Positions 1 to 10,450 of a stretch of DNA of 64,000 bases are shown piece after piece. The DNA comes from Eutreptiella sp. 'Long Island Sound 2002'. Taxonomy: Eukaryota; Protista; Euglenida. Numbering within the stretch: position 1 is the first letter of the stretch; the number at the start of each line of letters is the position of its first letter. Location: the NCBI GenBank assembly GCA_964036045.1, contig OZ038379.1, forward strand, positions 24,490,001-24,554,000, given 5' to 3'. The notes under the pieces are model-generated. The model saw only the letters and a list, made by a program, of their open reading frames with translations. It ran no database searches and had not been told where the DNA came from. Position numbers and translations under genes: made by a program.

Positions 1-227
1 GATCGGGACTGAAGGACGTGGTGCCATGGGGGCAATCCTTGGCTCAGTTTGTGTGGGGCTAGTGGGCGCCAAGGAAATTAGGTTGTGTCTCCTTGGGACA
101 TTTAGTTCGTCAGGAGAACTGGAGTTCGGTACAACAGAATCCCTCCGCATGACACGCACAGTGTGACACTAGTTAGCTGTGACCTTTTTTTATTTACTCC
201 CGATTGCCGGTGTCTGTTTTCTCTGAA

Positions 228-1300
228 ATGGTGGGTAAGCCGCTGAAGAACTAGAAGATCCAGGTGCGCCAGATGCAGCCAATGAGCCGAATGGTGCTCT
301 TCAGGGCGGCACACTACGAAGCTTGGTCCGGCAGTCTGCCGCATGACCTCATCAACATTGCCGTGAATGATGTACTCAAGAGGGTGTCCGAAGCCAGAGC
401 ATCAGAGGATCTGATTCGGGAAATACAAGGTCTCTGCCCCGGCATGCCTGTGGATTGGACCTGGCTAGTTATGGCATTTACGAACTGTGGACAGGGGACA
501 AGTTGAAGGCGGCCAAACGTCTATTCGAAGTGGGGGCACTGGACCAAGGACTGGAGGAATGGGTCCTAAGAAACTTGCAACGTTTGAGAGCTCAATACAA
601 GCAGGTCGTGGATAACCAAGCCAGGATGAAGCACGATTCATTCTCCCAATCCGCCTTCATCTCGATCAACTAGCCCAGTTTTCGAAGCCACTTGGCCGCA
701 CCCGGGCGTTTACGTAACTTACGCACATTCTTCTTCGTCGGCACCCGGTATTCTTTCGGCTGCTGTCCCTCCCCAGCTCCCGCTGGGGCATCTTCCTCCA
801 TGCGGTCGTCTTTGATCTCAGGGTCCTTATCAGTCTGGTTGGTCCTAGGGCCCTCGAATTGCCCGATTGGGCAAATGACGTGTGGGACATCATACTGAGC
901 CTTGACAAGACGGGGAAGCGGTATTTGAAGGATGAAGCACGTGCATACGAGGGCAGAGAGAAGCTTAAACAGAAGAAGGCAAAGAAGAAGGCTCGCAAGT
1001 TGGTGCGCAAGGAAGCAGGAAAGAAGGTGAAGAGCGACTCTGAGTCAACTGCTTCCAACTCTGATCGAAGCGACAGTGACGACAACGCTGGCCGCTTCAG
1101 TTCCAGCCTTGACCCAACGCCCAAACCATATTGGACCAATAGGACGGCGGGTTCCACCACCAGAGGGATGCCGGAATTCAAGGTGCTAAATGGCCAACGC
1201 CATTGCAAGTCACAGGGTGGAAAATAGATCTATCGCAGCGCCCCACCGAGCAAACCGTGTGATCGCTGCAGGCAGAGGCATTGGTGGCATGAGAGGAGAG
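228..1300 (+). pseudogene. gag-like ORF of the YR element (stops/frameshifts)
   Basis: ATG 228; protein-like pieces in ORFs 264-506, 455-673 and 859-1227; after the TAG, in-frame CDRCRQRHWWHE zinc-knuckle-like motif at 1258. Confidence 0.5.
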
Positions 1301-1399
1301 AGTTCAATTGCCACCGACTCACTGGAGAGGTCGGTGTAGACGCTGCATCAGCACAAGGATGTGGCGCACGACCCCGGCAAGTGGGGGAGGCTGCATCCG

Positions 1400-2130
1400 G
1401 CCAGGCAGAGGGAGACGCCGAGAGCCGAGTGAAGGGGAACGTCTCCTAGGTATGGGAAGAGACAATGAGCGGGAGCAAGTCGGGCACGTCCGGCAATCCT
1501 TGCTGGAGGTAGTGGAAGCGGCAAAATAATAATTGGGCACAAGGTACATGGCAACGGTGTGGAAGCGACTCGAGCTCAAGGGCAAGGATGGATATGTCGC
1601 GGGGATCGGACGATACCTGGGTGTCCTCCGCAGGCGGCCCAACCTCAGGGTCCGGGGGGCCCTGGAGGAAGCCATGCTCCAAGTTGTCTGCGCAGGGCAC
1701 TACGAAGGTCCCATTAAGAAGATCACGGCAGGACTCCGAGTCATTGAAAAAGCAGGGCACATCCCGGCGATTGTACAAACAGGAGATTGGCTTGTGGCCA
1801 AAGCCATGGAAAAGTTGCGCAGCAGGAGTGGGAGTCCAAGTCAGGTGGCCCCCCACCTGGATTTTCAGTGAGATGGTGACCACGAGGGCAGCGCTATCCT
1901 GGGAACACGCAAAGGCGATGGCGATGGCGATTCTGGCAAGCACAAACCTTCTGCGGATTAGCGAAGCGGTCACCATACGACGGAAAGAGAGAAGAGTGGT
2001 GGAGTTCTACGGAGACAAGAACAAGGTCGGCTGGCATGCGCACCCTGTCGGACCGCGGCCGAGCTTGTGGCTGGAGTTCCTCCACAATGGTCGGCTGCAG
2101 CGGGTGGGAAGTGCCGAGTATAGTACCAAC
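1400..2130 (+). pseudogene. Tyrosine recombinase, N-terminal part
   Basis: ORF 1533-1871 frameshifts at a poly-C (~1850) into ...ASTNLLRISEAVTIRR...GDKNK...AEYSTN; LLRxSE carries the catalytic Arg of YR box I. Confidence 0.8.
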
Positions 2131-3000
2131 GATAGCCCCCCCCCCCCTACCTACCCCCCCCTACCCCCCCCCCTAAAACCCCCTACCCCCCCCTACCCCC
2201 CCAACCCCCCCCCTACCCCCCCCTACCCCCCCCCCCATACCCCCCCCCCCTACCTCACCCCCCTACCTTCAGCTCGCTTCGCTCGACAGACGGCTCGCTT
2301 CGCTCGACGCGGGGGCCAGCCCCCGCACCCCCCTTAAATAACATGACTCCTGCGGTGGCCACAAACCGCCTTTTGTGTGCACCGCCTTGTGTGTGCACCG
2401 CCTTTTGTGGGTACCGCCTTGCCTGTGGCCCCTTAAATAACAAGACTCCTGCGGTGGCCACAGGCCGCCTCTTGTGTGTTCCACCTTTTGTGTGTTCCGC
2501 CTTTTGTGTGTTCCGCCTTGTGTGTGCACCGCCTTCTGTGTGTACCGCCTTGCCTGTGGCCCCTTAAATAACAAGACTCCTGCGGTGGCTACAGACCGCC
2601 TCTTGTGTGTTCCGCCTTTTGTGTGTTCCGCCTTGTGTGTGCACCGCCTTCTGTGTGCACCGCCTTGCCTGTGGCCCCTCAAATAACAAGACTCCTGCGG
2701 TGGCTACAGACCGCCTCTTGTGTGTTCCGCCTTGTGTGTGCACCGCCTTGTGTGTGCACCGCCTTCTGTGTGTACCGCCTTGCCTTTGGCTCCTTAAATA
2801 ACAAGACTCCTGCGGTGGCTACAGACCGCCTTTTGTGTGTTCCGCCTTGTGTGTGCACCGCCTTTTGTGTGCACCGCCTTGCCTGTGGCCCCTCAAATAA
2901 CAAGACTCCTGCGGTGGCCACAGGCCGCCTTTTGTGTGTTCCGCCTTGTGTGTGCACCGCCTCCCCCCCCCATACCCCCCCCCCCCTACCTTCTCGACCC
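2131..3000. mobile_element. Copy 1 (partial) of a TIR/minisatellite element: C-rich tract, repeat array, C-rich tract
   Basis: GATAG + (CnTA) tract 2135-2267; CTTCAGCTCGCTTCGCTCGAC head; array; CTACCTTCTCGACCCC tract; same order as 19655-20361. Confidence 0.65.
2330..2960. repeat. Nested minisatellite, 6 units
   Basis: Head CCTTAAATAACAAGACTCCTGCGGTGGC at ~2331, 2431, 2561, 2677, 2791 and 2891, each followed by 2-5 sub-repeats of ~16 bp TTGTGTGTGCACCGCC. Confidence 0.95.
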
Positions 3001-3004
3001 CCCT

Positions 3005-3905
3005 CCGCGGTGGTTCCCCAGCGTAGAGGCGCAGTGGGTTTTGCCATAGGAGGGCTGCTCACCTTCCTTGGAACGCCCCCCGTTCCAGCAAAGCAGCTCC
3101 ACAACCCCCCCCCCCCCCCACAGCAGCACGACCAAGAACCACCGGGGGCGAGAGTCGGGACCCATCCCTGTGCGCCCCGGGCCATGAACTGACATGGCCC
3201 CGTTAAAAACAGCCTCCGTTGGCCAGTTGAGCCCCCCCCCCCCCCTACCCCCTGGCCTGGTCGACGCCCTGGCCCAGCGTCGGCTCCGGTGGCGTTCACC
3301 AGGTCAGCAGTCACCTCCCCACCAGGGGGAGTCCGCGCATGAGTTCCCGCCGGCTCCCCGACCTGATCTACGCCCCACTGGGGCGCCCCGCCAACAACCT
3401 GTGGTGAGGCCAACCCCCCCCCCCCCCTGCCCAGCTGCCAACAACCTGCTGGTGAGGCGCTGCCGGCGTGCAGGGGATGCCAAGAACCTGTGGTGAGGCA
3501 TCCCCCCCCTCCCGCCCTGCAGCACGTCACCACCGTGCGGGGGGCGGTCAACGTGCGTGGGATGCCAAGAACCTGTGGTGAGGCACCCCCCCCCCCCCCT
3601 GCAGCACGCCACCACCGTCCGGGGGGCGGTCAGCGTGCGTGGGATGCCAAGAACCTGTGGTGAGGCATCCCCCCCCCCAGGGAGGGCTGGTGTGGGGTGC
3701 CTGCAGCCTGTGGCTGAGCGCCCCCCGACCCACTGCCCTGCACCAAGCGCCCCTGTGCCCAGTGCCAGTGCCGGGTGAGGCGCTGGGAGTGCAGCGGGGA
3801 CGCCAAAAGCCTGTGGTGAGGCGTAACCTTGCTCCTGCTACCCCCTCCCACTCTGCCCCCCTTGCCGTGCGTAGTCCCACGCTACGCCCACCGCTGCCCC
3901 ACCCA
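3005..3905 (+). repeat. Diverged paralogue of the element A 5' region, with repeated CCTGTGGTGAGGC motif
   Basis: 3005-3225 aligns by eye with 4150-4350; the GGATGCCAAGAACCTGTGGTGAGGCA unit is repeated at ~3476, 3560 and 3643. Confidence 0.7.
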
Positions 3906-4083
3906 TTAGCGAAGCGGTCACCATACGACGGAAAGAGAGAGGAGTGGTGGAGTGCTACGGAGACAAGAACAAGGTTGGCTGGCATGCGCACCCTGTCGGA
4001 CCGCGGCCGAGCTTGTGGCTGGAGTTCCTCCACAATGGTCCGCTGCAGCGGGGGGGAAGTGCCGAGTATAGTACCAACGATAG
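3906..4083 (+). repeat. Second copy of the YR fragment 1959-2135
   Basis: TTAGCGAAGCGGTCACC...GTACCAACGATAG nearly identical to 1959-2135, with a handful of differences. Confidence 0.95.
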
Positions 4084-4819
4084 TATGCACGAAGTCGCCC
4101 CCCCCCCCCCCTACCTCCCCCCCCCTACCTACCCCCCCCCCTACCCCACAGCGGAGGTTCCCCAGCGCGAAGAGGCCGCCTAGGTTTTGCCATGGGAGGC
4201 AGCTCACCTCCCAAAACGCCCGAAACCGCATACCCCCCCCCCCCCCAGGACAGCCAGCAAGAACCTCCGGGGGCGAGAGTTGGGACCCTCCCCCATGCGC
4301 CCTGGGCCATGAATCGACATGTGCCCCGTTAGAAAAAGCCTCTGCTGGCCTGTGGCCATGCACAACTGAGCCGCCCTCGGGGGAACCAGCCTGAGCGGCC
4401 CCCCGGCGCGCCCCCCCCGTCAGCGCAAGGCCAACAGCCTGTGGTGAGGCCTCTGCGCACACGCTGGCCCGGGCCCCAATACCCTCCTGGTGAGGCGCCC
4501 CCCCCCCCCCCCCCTGCACTCCCCTGCCACCCCCTTCATGCCCTCGCCCTCCACGAGCACCGCCACACTTGTGCGCCCCTCTGCAGGGTCACTGACCAAG
4601 CGGAGAGGGACACCAGCGCACGCCGAAGAGCACCCCGCAGCGCGCGCACTACTGCGCGCCACCAAACAGCACCACGTGCGTCGCCCTCCAGCCTCGCGCG
4701 CGCCAGCGGAACAGCAACGCACGCACAGCGACCCCCAACAAACCCTAACGACAACGCCAGCTGCACACGCGCGCCATCCGACCCGCTCTCCAGGCCGGCC
4801 TCTCTCCCCTGCAGACATC

Positions 4820-6853
4820 ATGGCTCACCCGTTTACTCAGATGTCCCAGGATGAGCAGCGGGAGCAGCTCAGCTGTGCTGATGCGTGGCCCCTGCTTTCC
4901 CTCTCGTACAACCCTGCAGCCCAGCGTCTACTGGTTGCTGCTCGCCATCACGCTGGCCGCACCGACGTGTTTGATATCGACCTGAACGTGTCCGCCCTCT
5001 CCGCCTCAGTGATGCTGTGGTGGTGGAGCGTGACGCGGCAGCTACTCCCAGCCGAGCAGAGCCTTCTCGAGGAGCATTTCCCTGGCTCATGGCTCTCTTA
5101 TCGATCCGCCCTCGAGCTCCTCATCGACTGGGCCGCGGGCGCCATGGAGACGCAGCGCCACGAGCTGGTCCGCGACGCGGCTCAGCACTGCACCCCTTTC
5201 GGCGATGGCCCGATCCGGGGCCTGGACTTCAGGACCCTGCTGGAGATCCTGTCCCACGTTCGCCACATCAAGCCCGTGATCCTTCGAGTCCCCTTGCTCC
5301 ACTGGCTCTCCCAATGGGCTGCGCGACACACAGGCAGCCCCCTGCGCTGCCCCCAGATCCAAGCCATCAACGATGGGGCAGGCGGGCCCGGAGGCTCCCC
5401 AGTCCTGCGCCCTTCCCCTTGCCCCGTCAGCGCCCAGACGTGGTACCAGGAATTGCGCTCCCGTGAGCGCGAAGCCTCCATCACCTTCCCCACCGCCCTG
5501 ACCGTCCTAGCAGCCGCCGAGACCAAAGCCAAGTCCGCCCTACACCCCGTCGCAGCCCCGCGCCCCCCTGAGGCCCCTCCGCAGGCCCCAGCGCTCGCCG
5601 CCCCGGGCAGCGCCCTTCCCACGTGGGAACAGTTCCTGGAGCAGGCCCCCCACTCCAACTCTCAGGACATCCTCTCCCTTCTCGATGGTCTTTCTTCCGT
5701 CCCCGACGCCTCAGCCTCCCACGTAGCTGGCGCCGTCCTGATCATCATCAAAGACCCGCACCTCCCCCCCAAGGCTTCCCAGCTCCTCAACTTGGCTACC
5801 ACAGCGGCGCTCTTGGTACCAGCAGTCAAGAACGCCTGGCTGCTGTGCCCGGAAGCCAACAAACACCGACTGCGCCCAGAGCTAGAGCGCCTGAGCTCCA
5901 CCGTAGCAGCGAAGTTCGGCTCCTCCCTGAACGTCACGGCCAAGAACACGGCCCTCCAGGCCATTCAAGCTCACATCTCCGCCAATGCGGCACGCCCAGG
6001 GATCAACTGGTCTTCCGTAGCCCTCCAACTGGCCCTCACCCCGTCTTTCCCCCTCACAGCGTACACCGCACTACACAGTGTCGTCGACGCCGCCTCCTTC
6101 AGGCAGGGGATCAGCCAGCTGTGCCAGCCGAACTGCCTGTGCACAGCCTCCGACTACCAGCAGCTGCAAGAGAGGGTCAAGCAACTGCTCCCCCTAGTCA
6201 CTGAGACCGCAAGCTACGACTGGTTCTTAGCGGGTTTGTCCGCCCCCCCTGTCGGCCCCTCTGCCGTCCTGCCAGCTCCCGCAGCCCCCCTTCCGTCACC
6301 GGGCTCCGCCGCCCTCACCCCCCTCACCGCGGCTCAGCCATTCCCGACTTTGGCCCTCCTCCCCCCGACCCAGCCGCCTTCCTCCTCGGCCTCGGCGCCC
6401 TGCGCAGTGCGCATCACCGGCCTCCAGAGCGGCAATGAGGAGGCCATGACCGCTGCACTCACGCTCACCCTAGGGGTACCGGTCTACGTCACCGCCGCCG
6501 ACAGTCGCCGCGGCTGGGGCATAGCGGTTGTACCCCCCGCGGTCCACGCCTCTCTGTTTGCGTCACACCACAAGCGCCTCCTCCAGCACCCTTACGGTTG
6601 GGAACTGTCCCTCACCTGCAGGAATGAGTCCACAGGCGAGCCCTGGAGGGTCGGCGACAGCTCATTGACCGACCCCCCGTCTCAGCGCCCCGAGGCGTCC
6701 CGCGCCCACAAGCGAGTTCGAGTCGAGTCCCCCCCGTCTCCGCATCGTCGCTCCCCCCGTCTCCAGGAACAAGCCCGCCACGTACACAAGGGCCCTCGCG
6801 CCGGCCGCGCAGTTCGTGGGCCCCTGTGGACGGGCCACCAGGAGCGGCGCTGA
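4820..6853 (+). CDS. Element A ORF1 (gag-like, no recognised domain)
   Basis: Open frame 4490-6853; first convincing ATG at 4820 (MAHPFTQMSQDEQ), preceded by a pyrimidine tract and CAG. Confidence 0.7.
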   Translation: MAHPFTQMSQDEQREQLSCADAWPLLSLSYNPAAQRLLVAARHHAGRTDVFDIDLNVSALSASVMLWWWSVTRQLLPAEQSLLEEHFPGSWLSYRSALELLIDWAAGAMETQRHELVRDAAQHCTPFGDGPIRGLDFRTLLEILSHVRHIKPVILRVPLLHWLSQWAARHTGSPLRCPQIQAINDGAGGPGGSPVLRPSPCPVSAQTWYQELRSREREASITFPTALTVLAAAETKAKSALHPVAAPRPPEAPPQAPALAAPGSALPTWEQFLEQAPHSNSQDILSLLDGLSSVPDASASHVAGAVLIIIKDPHLPPKASQLLNLATTAALLVPAVKNAWLLCPEANKHRLRPELERLSSTVAAKFGSSLNVTAKNTALQAIQAHISANAARPGINWSSVALQLALTPSFPLTAYTALHSVVDAASFRQGISQLCQPNCLCTASDYQQLQERVKQLLPLVTETASYDWFLAGLSAPPVGPSAVLPAPAAPLPSPGSAALTPLTAAQPFPTLALLPPTQPPSSSASAPCAVRITGLQSGNEEAMTAALTLTLGVPVYVTAADSRRGWGIAVVPPAVHASLFASHHKRLLQHPYGWELSLTCRNESTGEPWRVGDSSLTDPPSQRPEASRAHKRVRVESPPSPHRRSPRLQEQARHVHKGPRAGRAVRGPLWTGHQERR

Positions 6854-7038
6854 CTGGTGCTACCCGACCTCCTGCCGGCAGCAGCGAGCCCAGACAGCGC
6901 GTCCCTGGCGGTTGCCCAGGCCCTAGCCGCCGACCTCACCCCCATCAGGGCGGTCCGCATGTCAGCGCAACTCCGAGCCCTGGCTGGCGCCCCGCCCTTG
7001 TCCCCCGCAGAAATGCCTCAGTCATCGGCATCCACACC
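6854..7038 (+). CDS. Element A ORF2, N-terminal segment
   Basis: In frame with ORF1 after a single TGA; ...SSAST joins STPDQLRPPAW at 12593 through the TCCACACC duplication. Confidence 0.6.
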
Positions 7039-7055
7039 CCCCCCCCCCCCCAGCC

Positions 7056-8334
7056 CTCTGTCGGCCCAAATTTGAGCCACCACAAAGCGAGGGTGCAGGC
7101 CGTGGGCTGGTTCCTCGTGGGGACCAGGAAACAGGGGAGCAGACCTTTTGCTGCCCCCACCCCCCCCAACAGAAATGGGGCCGGACCGAAAGCAGGCCCA
7201 GCACCCCCCCCCCCCCCCGCATGCCCTCACACCCTCACTGCAGGCCGTCACATGGTGATCCAGGTCCCTCAGGGAGCGGACGCCGAGCGACAAGTATGTT
7301 GGGATCTGGGACCCGCATGGTAACCCAGCAGGTGGTCCTCCTCTCCCACGCAAGTGAACAGGTAGACCCATCCACCACCCTACCCCCCCCCCCCCCCAGC
7401 CTGCGCCCCCGACGGGAGGGGTGCACGGAGTCGGCGCCCTCAGGGCCTAAAAAGTGGAGGCTGTGAAGGGCTCACAGCTTGACCGCTGTGGGTATCCCTT
7501 GAGCGGCCTGCCTAGGGAACCTCCAGGTGTGCACGTGCCCCACCAACTTCATCACAGACGCCTAGGCCAGCACAGCCCCGTGCACTCCAGTGCAGTTGTG
7601 GGTGACCCCTGGAGGCCAGACAGCCACCAGCCGACCCCTGCCCCCCCCCCCCCTTCCTCAACGGAGAGTCCATTCGGGTGTGGTGCCCTCTGGGCCCCCT
7701 CGTCTACGCGGGCTGTAGCGCCGCAGCCAGTGCAGCCAGCACTGGTGGCACCCAGGGCAGGGAAGCACACTCTGCGCCTTGGTGCCCCTCCATCTGCCCA
7801 GGGTACGCCCTCGGCCGTGGGAGCCGGACCCAGCCCGCGAGGCAGCACCACCTGTGCCTAAGGCAGTCAAGGAGTGCGGGTCTGACCCCAGTCGTGCCAC
7901 GTACCACCGCCTTCCCGTGCCAATAGGCAGTCGTGGAGTGGTTGGGTAGCATGTCCTTGTGACGTGGAGGTTGCGAGCCCAGGCCCACATCTCCCCCGGC
8001 GGGCTCAGCGTCAGGCTCTCCAGCCTCCCTGCCGGGGCCCGGAGCACCAGGCACACACTTCCCCGCGCCATGTGCGCCAACGCCGAACAACAATGGAGCA
8101 AGCAGGTGTGCCACAGCCCCCCCCCCCCTCAGACACACAAGGGCACATACACTCAGGCACGGCGGCATCTCCCGCCCGCGAGCGCCACCGCGGGGTCTGG
8201 GGGCGGTCAACAGTCCGGTAGGCCTTGTGACCGGACACCCGGGTACGGCCGCCCAGTCGGGTCCCGCAGGGAAGGCGGCGCGGACCGTGGGTAGGCGACC
8301 AGGCGAGGCCTTGACCCAACCCAACCCAACCCAA
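7056..8334 (+). mobile_element. 1.28 kb SINE-like/non-autonomous retroelement, copy 1
   Basis: Starts CTCTGTCGGCCC, ends (CCCAA)4; flanked by a Cn-AGCC direct repeat; near-identical to 16153-17430. Confidence 0.85.
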
Positions 8335-8340
8335 CCCCCC

Positions 8341-10450
8341 CCCAGCCTGGACGGAGTCACGGCAGAAATCCTGATGGCCCTCCCCGGGGCACTGGTGCCC
8401 AAAATGACGGAACAAATTGCACTTTTCCTTACCACAGGGAAAATCACAGAGGAGTGGGCACTCGCTATCCTGAACCCAATCCCTAAGCAAAAGGGCTCCA
8501 TTTCGGTCACACAACTCCGCCCATTGTGCTTGCAAAGTGTGCTCTTTAAATGGGTATCGATGACCCTATACCTCATGCTGCAGGACCTGCTTTTGTATGT
8601 CACCCCCCCTGAGCAAAAAGGCTTCATGAAAGGGCGATTCATTTTTGAACACATCTGGGAGGCGCGGGCGGCCTGGACCGCAATGGATTATGGTCTTTTT
8701 CTCTCTATTGATTTCTCCAAAGCGTTGGACTCTGTCCATCACAATTATTTTTTTGCCTTCTTCACCCACCTGGGCCTCCTCCCACAGATGATCGCACTCA
8801 TCATGAACATGCTGACTTCCCCCTTTGTCTTTGGAGTGGGCAAAGGCGTAGTGCGCGAAGTGCAAGTCACACCAGAATCAGGGGTCCGACAGGGGGACCC
8901 ACTCTCCCCAGCATTGTTCGCCATGGTCTGCTCGGTGCTGGTCCCCATGCTTCAGGCACTGTCCCCTAGCATAAGGGTCTTGTTCTATGCTGATGATCTT
9001 TTGCTGTACATCCCCGTCTCCCCTGCTCTGATTTGCCCCCTCATACCAGACATCATGAACACGCTACGGCGGTACGCTACATTTGTAGGATTGCGGATCA
9101 ACTTGGATAAATTGGCCTTCTTATTGCGTGGCTTTTGGACGGACAGGCAGAAAACCAAACTCGCAAACACAGGCATTCCGGTGCAAAGCAAGCTGAAGTA
9201 TCTGGGGAATCTTTTTGGGGACGTCACCCCTGATGAAGCATTTGCGCCCCATTTATCTCGTGCATTGGCGCGTGCGCAGTTCGCGGCGACCCTACCCCTG
9301 ACGATGCCAGAGCGGGTACACCTGCTCCAGGAGTGGATACTCCCATTGATGATCTACCCGGCGAGGGCCTACTTCCCCACGGAGGATGTATGCACCAAGC
9401 TGGCGAATGTGTACCGGGTGGCCCTGAGACTCAGCAGCTGGGGCCTCACTCTACGCATACTGCAGCTTCCCCCGAAATTAGGGGGAGCACTCCTCCCGAA
9501 ACCCAGCCTCTTCTTGCTGTGGCAACACGCCACACATTTCGTGATGTCCCGGCACGACACTAGTAAGCTCTCCCCCATTTTTGCACAGCATTTCAATGGT
9601 TCGGCCAAACGCTTCGGGGTACAGGCGGAGCTGGGTGACCTCCCATGGCTACAACTGCGCCCGATCCCCTGGAACACCTACCCCTTTTTGGGCACCTCAG
9701 CAAAAGCCTTCTCCCTGCTACGGAAACTGGCCCCCATCCTCCCCCCCAACACAGACCAGGCACCACGGCTGAGCTGCTGGCATTCGGTACTTTTCAGGGA
9801 CACAAATAACAACACATATTTTTCGCCAAAACTCATCAGGGCAGGGATCACACGCATCGGACAGTGCACACCGGACCTGCAGGAGAGACAGCCGCCCACA
9901 TGGGCCCCGAGGTACAAGGCCCAGCTGGGACAGGCCTGGCCCTGGCCCCAGATGACACCACCACAAGAAACATCGGCCATTTTCTGGGGGGGTTGGAATA
10001 CAAAGGCCATGCTCAGGTACCTGATGCGCCACGAACCCCTGGACCCCCGTCAAACACCAGAAACCTGGCAGGCCTGGACCAAGCTATCGATACCGCCCAA
10101 ACACCACACATTCATACAGACCGCACTGTGGAAAAAACTCCCAGTGGGGACCAGACTCGCCAACTGGCTCCCTGAGCACACACACTGCCTGGTGGATGGC
10201 AAACCAAAAGACATGTGACATGCGCTTCTGGAGTGCCGGTTCCTCCCCCCCGCGTATCACATTGCGGAACAATGCATGGGGCCAGCGATATTCGAGGATA
10301 CCACGGAGACAGACCCAAAGGTCCTCCTGTGGGACATGCCAGTTCTATCCCTCCAGAGCCCGCTATGACTGATCATGTGGACCGCGGTTATGGCATCCTG
10401 GAACCTGCGCAATGCGGTCAAATTCCGAGACACCCCCAACATGGGACGTA
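8341..10450 (+). pseudogene. Element B reverse transcriptase and zf-RVT-like zinc finger
   Basis: PSLDGV, LRPLCL, QKGFMKGR, IDFSKALD, GVRQGDPLSP, YADD (8986-8997), KYLG, KLGG; WKKLPVG..C..DG....*HALLEC with in-frame TGA at 10216 and 10366. Confidence 0.92.

Noticed and set aside
2330-2960. CRISPR-like array (constant head with variable intervening sequence)
   Set aside because: The 'spacers' are themselves copies of one 16-bp sub-repeat; no cas genes; eukaryotic TE context.
2679-4519. Numerous overlapping 70-320 aa ORFs in GC-rich repeats, here and at 38-43 kb
   Set aside because: Shadow ORFs of high-GC, low-complexity sequence or antisense of real frames.
7095-7130. HDV-like ribozyme (TCCTCGTGG)
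   Set aside because: Forms only a simple hairpin; P3/P1 pairings are missing and the second copy has TCCTCTTGG.
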